Origin: Candidatus Poseidonia alphae | GTDB lineage: Archaea; Thermoplasmatota; Poseidoniia; Poseidoniales; Poseidoniaceae | Direction: 5' to 3' | Assembly: GCA_002505405.1 (NCBI GenBank) | Contig: DAVD01000037.1 | Span: forward strand, 82,880-146,879 | Length of the DNA: 64,000 nucleotides | In this document: positions 57,840 through 64,000 of the stretch, in pieces | How positions within the stretch are numbered: the stretch's first letter is position 1 | How the letters are laid out: every line of letters begins with the position of its first letter | Translations under genes and position numbers: made by a program | The notes under the pieces: model-generated | Told to the model about the DNA's origin: nothing | What the model saw: the letters and a program-made list of their open reading frames with translations, nothing else | Databases searched by the model: none

Positions 57840-58855
57840 CGGGCGAGGAAGAAGTCGGACGAGAACCCACCCCTCATCCTGGCATGCTCAAGGTCATGAT
57901 ACAACTCATGAAACTCCGAGTGATTGTGCTCTTGCAGGTCACTGCAATTTGCGCAATATTGGTCCATGACGCTCTTGCTCGCTATGATTTGATCTTGTCA
58001 GAACGAACGTGGGCAGATACGATCATCGCTTGCATTGTCACTGTCGTTGGAGGGACGTTATCAGCAGGCGGTTCAAATTCGATTAACATGTGGTACGATG
58101 CGGACATTGACCCGCACATGCGGCGAACTCAAAACCGCCCGATTCCTCAAGGGCATACAACGCCACGTTTTGCTCTCATTTTTGGAACCTCCATTGCAAT
58201 ACTCGGCTCAAGTATCTTCTTCATCCTGAGTTGGAAAGCTGCGTTTTGGTCGTTTTTCTCCGTCTTGTTTTATGTTTTCATTTACTCCATTTGGCTTAAG
58301 CGAAGAACACCACAAAACATCGTCATTGGAGGGATCGCAGGTGCAACACCTCCACTCATTGGCTGGGCAGCCGCAGCGGGAGACTCCATCTCCAGCCTCA
58401 ATCCCTTCGATTTGGGTTCGCCCATTCCATGGATGCTGTTTTTCCTTATCTTCCTGTGGACACCACCTCATTTTTGGGCTCTGGCTTTGTATCGCTCAGG
58501 TGAATATGGAAAGGTCAACATTCCGATGTTGAACGAAGTTAAAGGGGCAGAACATACCCTTCTCCAATCAAAAATATACTGCCTTTTGCTGTTGGCTTTA
58601 GGGGCGGTGCCACTGTTCTGGCCGGAATCGGGTTTGCCTCTCTTGTGGGCATTTGTCTCTGTAGGCCTTACCTTGTGGTATGGGAAGTCGGTCTGGGACA
58701 TCGACCCTGCTGAACCCTTTGATGAAAACGGACGAATGCCCAAAGCGGCAAAATCCTTCTTCCGCAGCTTGTTTTATCTGGGCTGGATGTTCCTCAGTTT
58801 GGTCTTGATTTGTCTCATTCCGCCTTCGTGGTTGGGTTTCCTGGGGCCTTTGTGA
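57836..58855 (+). CDS. ctaB: Protoheme IX farnesyltransferase (heme O synthase)
   Basis: UbiA-family motifs NMWYDADIDPHMRRTQNRP and FLWTPPHFWALAL. ATGA overlap with ctaA. Confidence 0.9.
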   Translation: MTGEEEVGREPTPHPGMLKVMIQLMKLRVIVLLQVTAICAILVHDALARYDLILSERTWADTIIACIVTVVGGTLSAGGSNSINMWYDADIDPHMRRTQNRPIPQGHTTPRFALIFGTSIAILGSSIFFILSWKAAFWSFFSVLFYVFIYSIWLKRRTPQNIVIGGIAGATPPLIGWAAAAGDSISSLNPFDLGSPIPWMLFFLIFLWTPPHFWALALYRSGEYGKVNIPMLNEVKGAEHTLLQSKIYCLLLLALGAVPLFWPESGLPLLWAFVSVGLTLWYGKSVWDIDPAEPFDENGRMPKAAKSFFRSLFYLGWMFLSLVLICLIPPSWLGFLGPL

Positions 58856-58932
58856 CAAAACATAGCCCTGTTATCGGGGAGTCGCCTCAACCGTCATGTT
58901 CATGTGAGAACCGCAGGTCGCAGGGACAGCGA

Positions 58933-59019
58933 GCGGCAGTCGCATAGCCTGGCCATTGCGCTGGATTGCTAATCCAGTGGTGTCTCACCTCGGGAGTTCG
59001 AATCTCCCCTGCCGCGCCA
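58933..59019 (+). tRNA. tRNA-Ser (anticodon GCT), CCA encoded
   Basis: Acceptor GCGGCAG/CTGCCGC, anticodon stem CTGGA/TCCAG with loop TTGCTAA, long variable arm (GGTG-tct-CACC), T arm GGGAG-TTCGAAT-CTCCC, discriminator G followed by CCA. Confidence 0.85.
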
Positions 59020-59022
59020 TTC

Positions 59023-59038
59023 AATGATGTACATCATT
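59023..59038. repeat. Perfect 16-nt palindrome AATGATGTACATCATT
   Basis: Read directly from the sequence. It begins 4 nt after the tRNA-Ser CCA (59017-59019) and overlaps the stop codon (59034-59036, minus strand) of the surface-protein gene. Confidence 0.9.
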
Positions 59039-62018
59039 CGAAGAATTCATCGAATTCATCTTCATAACGCTTGGAATTGCTGTTTCGCTTCCGGGCATCT
59101 ACGATACGCTTGAGTCGCTTTCGCTTTTTGATGATCACGGGCAAGAGGATGAAATTCAGAAGCAGGACGCCCAACAGTGCGCCTCCAGCGTATTGGAATT
59201 CTTCTTCCAGCATGTATTCGTTGAACGTTTTTAGCCAGGGGATTCCGAGAGGGGGCTCGGGTTCGGGTTCGGGTTCTGGGATGAGGTGTTGATTGTACGA
59301 CCACCAATCATCGTCGATGTTTACTCGCTCGATGTTGGGCGAAGGGTATGAGGCGATTTGTTGCTCGTTACCGACATAATCCACTGGGGCCAGGATGTAG
59401 TAGTATGTTCGGTAGGCTCTGATGCCATCAACCTCAATGCCGCTTTGGTTGAAGGTGCCTTGTTCGCCAGGAACCCCTGTGAGGCTAGCAGCAATGGGGT
59501 AGATGTACTTGAGATTCACATTCGACGGTTGACTTTCAATGCGGTAAAGGTTCCAGTTTAAGTCGCCCTGGGCTTCATGGTCGGGCCAAGTCCATGTGAG
59601 GTTGACTACATAACAAATCGACCAGTCTGATCTCCGGTCGAAACAATCGGTATCGTTTGTGAATGACCATGAATGGTCAAACTGTATGACGGAGGTAGTG
59701 GGTGGGATGGCGTCACCACAAAGAAGCCCTGCCTCTCCATTCACGCGGGTAACGTTGACCATCTGATAATTCGGGTTGCCTTCACGGTCAACAGGTATAA
59801 CGGCGTATGAGGCGCAAATACCAGTTTCAAGGGGCTCAGGGTCCACCCATTGCGTTGCTTCAATGGAAAGTCCAACAGCAAATGAGTCGAGCGTTAATTC
59901 TTCCCACAAGCCGTCGTTCACGCCATTATTTGGTTCGGGGAAGTAGACAGATCCTTGGATGCCTTGGAATTTGTAAATGTTCCACCCTCCAACATAAGGG
60001 TTGGATATGTCTCCGGCCGGAATCCAGTCGAGTTGAATCTTTCCAGCTTCTAACGGCGTCCAGTTGAGTTCTTCTACGCTAGCATTTGTGGAGGGCAGGA
60101 TTCCGATCAGGAGGATGGCCCCGCTTGCCGTTAATTCAATGTCGACGTTGTAATCATCATCGATTTCGTAAAGGTTTGGTACTTCGATGTAATTCCACTG
60201 GCTTGAGTCCATTGTTGGCAGAATTCTGAGGTCAACCGTTGAGAGGTCAACGCTTTCGGGGAGAAGTTCAGTGAGGTTCATGGAAAGTTCAATTCCACGC
60301 AATCCCGGTTCGCTTTCTTCATCATTGGCCAAGATCTCTACTCCAACGAGCATAAGTGGTGATTTACCTCCGCCGATGGCGTAGTTCGTTCCTAAGTAAG
60401 GGAGTGCGATTTCATGTTTTGCATAGGCAGCAGTTTCAGTAACGGCCTCCCCTCTGAAGTAAGGCTCTGCCTCGATGCTGATTGCATTGAGTACGTCGAA
60501 TTCAATGTAGTTGTACTCAATGTTCCCGAAGGGGTCTCGAGCCTCAAGCGAAATGTTGTGGTGCCCAAGGCCAAAATCTGCTCCTGTTTTATTCAATACC
60601 TGGCCCTGCCCCCATACATAGAAGCCTTGCCTCCACGTGAAATTGAGAGGTTGGGATGCGATTTCACTGAACCTTGCAACCAGTTCAATGGTGTCGGAGG
60701 TCCGATAGATACCGTTCTGGATGTTTTGTTGAATGTTAGGGTTGATTTTACCCGATTCAACGTTTGTTGTGACGGTGAGGACATTGTCGGAGGTGCGTAC
60801 ATCCTCTCCATTCTGGAAGATGTTAGGAAGTCGAACACGCAGCAATCTGTTCGGACCTGTTGTAGTCATGTTGAACATGCATGTAGTGGATTCGCCCGGC
60901 AACAGTTCCTCAATTTCACAATCCAGTTCCACTTCCAGGTCGAATTGAGGGCTGTAGACTTCAAATTCGGCAGTGACGTTATAGACGGACATGTTGCCTT
61001 GATTGCTAATGACCGAATGAACTCGGTCAATGCCGTAGTAAAACGATATGCCTTGATTGTCATGACTGGGGTAAAGGTCGCTCACTTGAAGGTCGATGCT
61101 GTCGTCAACGATCAATGTCATCTGAGCGACATTGTCGTGCGTGTTCATGTCGGCATAGGGTGTGCCTACGCTTTCGAAGACCCCCCACTTGAGTATGAAT
61201 TCCCCTTCTTGTGAATAACTCATTGCGGGCAGATTCTTATTGAACGAGGTGAATCCACCCCACGCAGGTAGGTCGGTGACATTTTGGTAGGCCTCTTTGA
61301 GCAGAATTGTATCGTCGATTGACCACAACTGCCAGCCGAATGTTGCATCAAGATTGCATCCGCCACAGATCGTTGCTTGGCCACGAGAATTGAGGATGTA
61401 GTCTGTGTCGGTGTTGATCACTTCATGGCCTTGGTATACGGCGAGGCCGTCTACATTTTCAAGCGGGTTGTGGGCCTCGTTGATGATCACGTCTGAATAA
61501 TAACCGGTCACGTTGATGAGATAGCGGAGTTCGTCGTCGGACGGGTTGGAATCCGGGATGTCAAAGGCAAATAAAACAGTAAAAACGCCCTCGGAATTTT
61601 GACCAGGTGTCCATTGTTCAAGCGATGTGAAATTGTTGCTAGTGGATGGATTGATGTTTCCAATGTTGATGATTCCCTTTTCTTCATAGTTGGATTTGCA
61701 CGCCGATGAGGTGACGTCGCCTTCGCATACATACCACGCCATGCCGCGATTGAGTCCTGCAGGAGCTCCTGCATAATTGTAAATCTCAACCGTAAATTCT
61801 ATGTTTCCAAACGAGGAATACCATTTTGTTTCATCGGGCTGACTGGCACTGGCAATGCCGAGTGATTGGCTGCTGTTGGCTGACGCGGAAGGGGCGACGG
61901 CCAACGTGCCGAGCGTAGAGAAGAGGAGCAGAAAAACAAGGCCTAGGCCTGCTTTTGAGTTAGGTCTCGCACATTGCTTACGCTCTGTCATCGTATGTTC
62001 CTCGCAGTGGGGCTTCAA
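59034..62018 (-). CDS. Large secreted cell-surface protein (candidate envelope/S-layer-type glycoprotein), C-terminally anchored
   Basis: Signal peptide ...GLGLVFLLLFSTLGTLAVAPSASA and many N-x-S/T sequons. FN3/CARDB-like segments (LNWTPLEAGKIQLDWIP, VNLTWTWPDHEAQGDLNWNLYRIE). (PE)n linker, TM helix and KKRKRLKR tail. Confidence 0.8.
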   Translation of the reverse strand: MKPHCEEHTMTERKQCARPNSKAGLGLVFLLLFSTLGTLAVAPSASANSSQSLGIASASQPDETKWYSSFGNIEFTVEIYNYAGAPAGLNRGMAWYVCEGDVTSSACKSNYEEKGIINIGNINPSTSNNFTSLEQWTPGQNSEGVFTVLFAFDIPDSNPSDDELRYLINVTGYYSDVIINEAHNPLENVDGLAVYQGHEVINTDTDYILNSRGQATICGGCNLDATFGWQLWSIDDTILLKEAYQNVTDLPAWGGFTSFNKNLPAMSYSQEGEFILKWGVFESVGTPYADMNTHDNVAQMTLIVDDSIDLQVSDLYPSHDNQGISFYYGIDRVHSVISNQGNMSVYNVTAEFEVYSPQFDLEVELDCEIEELLPGESTTCMFNMTTTGPNRLLRVRLPNIFQNGEDVRTSDNVLTVTTNVESGKINPNIQQNIQNGIYRTSDTIELVARFSEIASQPLNFTWRQGFYVWGQGQVLNKTGADFGLGHHNISLEARDPFGNIEYNYIEFDVLNAISIEAEPYFRGEAVTETAAYAKHEIALPYLGTNYAIGGGKSPLMLVGVEILANDEESEPGLRGIELSMNLTELLPESVDLSTVDLRILPTMDSSQWNYIEVPNLYEIDDDYNVDIELTASGAILLIGILPSTNASVEELNWTPLEAGKIQLDWIPAGDISNPYVGGWNIYKFQGIQGSVYFPEPNNGVNDGLWEELTLDSFAVGLSIEATQWVDPEPLETGICASYAVIPVDREGNPNYQMVNVTRVNGEAGLLCGDAIPPTTSVIQFDHSWSFTNDTDCFDRRSDWSICYVVNLTWTWPDHEAQGDLNWNLYRIESQPSNVNLKYIYPIAASLTGVPGEQGTFNQSGIEVDGIRAYRTYYYILAPVDYVGNEQQIASYPSPNIERVNIDDDWWSYNQHLIPEPEPEPEPPLGIPWLKTFNEYMLEEEFQYAGGALLGVLLLNFILLPVIIKKRKRLKRIVDARKRNSNSKRYEDEFDEFFE
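59256..59279. repeat. Short hexanucleotide repeat (GGTTCG/GGTTCT-like) encoding PEPEPEPE
   Basis: ctcgggttcgggttcgggttctgg. This is the same repeat type as at 27456-27521, and it also sits just before a membrane-proximal region. Confidence 0.85.
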
Positions 62019-62040
62019 AGACTCATCGCTTCATTCTAAC

Positions 62041-62139
62041 AAAATCATGCATCTTTTGCCTGCTTTGGGTTGTTCGGCTTGGTCCGAGGCTTGCGAATTA
62101 AATCCCCAACTCCATTCTAAATGCGGCAACCTCATGAAT
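62041..62139. promoter_or_regulatory. Divergent promoter region with the duplicated 8-mer CATTCTAA (62041-62048 and 62132-62139)
   Basis: Each copy lies about 23-30 nt from the nearest start codon (62018 on the minus strand, 62162 on the plus strand). Both are A/T-rich and TATA-like. Confidence 0.25.
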
Positions 62140-62161
62140 TGCGCCCTCCGAGCCACCTCTC

Positions 62162-63241
62162 ATGCGACAGGCAGGTGAGGCAAACCTCGTTCGAGACGAA
62201 CGTGGCCTTACTGCCGTGATTGAATTTCTATCAGCCTTCACGCTTTTCCTGATGATCCTCACGGCCTTTCTTTCCCTAGCCCAACTCCAAATGGGTTCAA
62301 ACGACCCAGCAACCGACCGTCTTGACAGGGCTGCAGCGATGGGCCTTGACCGCCTTACCTCCGGTGAAGGTTGGTTTGTTCCAGGAGGCGATGGCGGCCT
62401 CGATTATGCAAATTCGACTTCGGACTGGCATTTGCAAGACGCTTCAACCCTCTATCAGGGACGCGTCCAACCCGGATTGCTTACAAATCATCGCTTGGAC
62501 GCCGCCAAAATACTTGCACTTCATGAAATCACAGAAGACGGCATGGCTGCAGGTATTGGATTGGGCGATGAAATGAGCCTCTTCCTTTCAATTAAGGTCA
62601 CTGAAAGCCAAAATGAAACCCGACAGGGCTCGTATCTCTTTAACGGAGGGACTGAACGAGGAACTGCCTCCTCTTCATCAACAGCCTACCGTAGTTTTCA
62701 ACAAGATGGGGAACTGATTCAAATCGTACTTGAAGTTCACGACGGGGGCAGAAAAAACAATCCTTTGCACCTCAATGAGGTCGTAGCACGCCCGTCCTCA
62801 AACGGCCCGGAGTGGATTGAAGTTTCCAATCCAAATGATTTTGCAATTGGTCTTCGAGGTTGGTCACTGAATCACACATCAGGCTCCTCATCAACAAACC
62901 TTCTCATTCAGTCAGGAGTCCTTTCTGGGAAATCCCTGGCTCTCTTTACAGGTGACCCCGCCAGTCAATCTGCGGGTAACGCTTCACAAATCATTGATTT
63001 GGGCCAATACGCCTTTTTGGGGGTTGGGCAGGTTGACGGCCTTGCCGATGGCCGAGGTATTCTGTCGCTGCGTTACACGCAACTCGACGAAACAAGGGCC
63101 GTGGAGATTGCCCGAGTTGAATGGGGCGGTGATACGGGTCTCTTCCTCGTCACAGGCCAATCGCTTCAGTGGGATGGCACCAGCATGACCGCTTCGAGTG
63201 CCTGGAGTATTGCTGAAACTCCCACGCCTGGTGAAGGCTGA
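62162..63241 (+). CDS. Type IV pilin-like (class III signal peptide) protein with C-terminal lamin-tail domain (LTD)
   Basis: N-terminus ...VRDERGLTAVIEFLSAFTLFLMILTAFLSL resembles the archaeal prepilin R-G/[LV]-[ST]-x-V-I plus hydrophobic helix. The C-terminal LHLNEVVARPSSNGPEWIEVSNPNDFAIGLRGWSL is LTD-like. Confidence 0.65.
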   Translation: MRQAGEANLVRDERGLTAVIEFLSAFTLFLMILTAFLSLAQLQMGSNDPATDRLDRAAAMGLDRLTSGEGWFVPGGDGGLDYANSTSDWHLQDASTLYQGRVQPGLLTNHRLDAAKILALHEITEDGMAAGIGLGDEMSLFLSIKVTESQNETRQGSYLFNGGTERGTASSSSTAYRSFQQDGELIQIVLEVHDGGRKNNPLHLNEVVARPSSNGPEWIEVSNPNDFAIGLRGWSLNHTSGSSSTNLLIQSGVLSGKSLALFTGDPASQSAGNASQIIDLGQYAFLGVGQVDGLADGRGILSLRYTQLDETRAVEIARVEWGGDTGLFLVTGQSLQWDGTSMTASSAWSIAETPTPGEG

Positions 63242-63323
63242 TACTTTCACGAATGAGGTGCCGTTTTGGGTGCATTATTGCGCACACTTCATCAACCACC
63301 GGCTGCACCAACGGTTCGTTCCC

Positions 63324-64000
63324 ATGCAACCTACAACCGTTTACACCCGAGACCGGTGCGTAACCGGTATCCACGGATTGGATGAGATTCTTCGTGGAGG
63401 CATTCCCTACGGCTCCACAGTTCTTGCTGCTGGAACATGCGGTTCTGGAAAAACGACGCTCGGCATGGAGTTCCTTGTTCGTGGTGCTCTCGCAGGTGAG
63501 GCGTGTGCCCACTTTACTGCAACCGAACCTTCTGTAAAACTTCTGGAAAACATTCGCCAGTATGCATTTTTTGACATGAACATGGTCGATTCGGGGCTCA
63601 TCAACGTATTCGACATGGACGTATTGTATTCCTGGCTCGGTCTTGACAAAGCCTCGTTCGAACTTGATGACGTACATGCTTTGATTAAAGCAATTGTAGA
63701 CATCGTCAACACCATCGGTGTGACTCGCCTTGTCATCGACTCGGTCACCACGCTGTGTTACAAGATCAAATCCGAACAACTCATCCGCGATTTCTTGTTC
63801 ACGCTTGGAAAGAAACTGGCGACTTTGGGATGCACCACCATTCTCATCTCTGAGATCACCTCCGCCACTGAAAACGCCCACTGGTCTTCCTTTGGTGTTG
63901 AAGAAGCGATAGCGGATGGAATCATTGTGATGGGGGACTCCGAACGGATGGGTCATCTTTTGAGGTTCCTGCAAGTTGTAAAGATGCGAGGTACTTCTCA
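63324..64000 (+). CDS. KaiC/RecA-superfamily ATPase, 5' part; continues past the window end
   Basis: Absent from the ORF track because it is truncated at the right edge. Hand translation gives MQPTTVYTRDRCVTGIHGLDEILRGGIPYGSTVLAAGTCGSGKTTLGMEFLV...RLVIDSVTTL...LISEI...LQVVKMRGTS (Walker A, Walker B-like). The minus ORF 63150-63974 is its shadow. Confidence 0.75.
   Translation, partial: MQPTTVYTRDRCVTGIHGLDEILRGGIPYGSTVLAAGTCGSGKTTLGMEFLVRGALAGEACAHFTATEPSVKLLENIRQYAFFDMNMVDSGLINVFDMDVLYSWLGLDKASFELDDVHALIKAIVDIVNTIGVTRLVIDSVTTLCYKIKSEQLIRDFLFTLGKKLATLGCTTILISEITSATENAHWSSFGVEEAIADGIIVMGDSERMGHLLRFLQVVKMRGTS

Noticed and set aside
60414-61214. 266-aa plus-strand ORF inside the surface-protein gene.
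   Set aside because: It has no start context and no motifs. The opposite 994-aa frame has a signal peptide, domains and an anchor.
63150-63974. 274-aa minus-strand ORF in the track.
   Set aside because: The plus strand across the same region encodes a clear KaiC/RecA-type ATPase (Walker A GTCGSGKTT). That gene is missing from the track only because it runs off the window. The minus ORF has no motifs and is a shadow.

Overview
This 64-kb chromosomal window is densely coding, with about 58 protein genes and 2 tRNAs. I found no rRNA, CRISPR array, transposase or integrase. Archaeal hallmarks are RpoK, PurP, RibL, a GHMP-type shikimate kinase and the ADH-synthase/DHQ-synthase-II aromatic pathway. 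These sit alongside bacterial-type genes: gpsA, orn, tryptophan 2,3-dioxygenase and an MFTGIV-type riboflavin synthase. Together with acidic proteins and (Pro-Glu)n linkers, this suggests a planktonic marine euryarchaeon of the Marine Group II/Poseidoniales kind; that taxonomic call is inference only. Recognisable blocks are a riboflavin cluster, trxB plus a MoeZ/UbaA-type E1, and a Mo-hydroxylase S-L-M operon whose mocA-xdhC maturation genes lie 8.6 kb away. There is also a DUF4350-like/MoxR/DUF58 cluster, an aro operon that includes aspartate kinase, and ctaA-ctaB. The main finding is at 4331-8204. A lipoprotein built from two tandem transferrin-like lobes, each with the full Asp/Tyr/Tyr/His Fe3+ ligand set, is encoded next to a PhnC/PhnE-type ABC translocator. 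Other candidates are a 1364-aa polytopic membrane protein divergent from a subtilisin, a pilin-like protein with a lamin-tail domain next to a KaiC-like ATPase, a coiled-coil protein with a DUF2135-like domain, and an orphan PGF-CTERM ORF beside tRNA-Gln. Two edge-truncated genes missing from the ORF track were recovered by hand translation (1-532 minus strand, 63324-64000 plus strand). All family calls rest on motifs read by eye; no database search was run.
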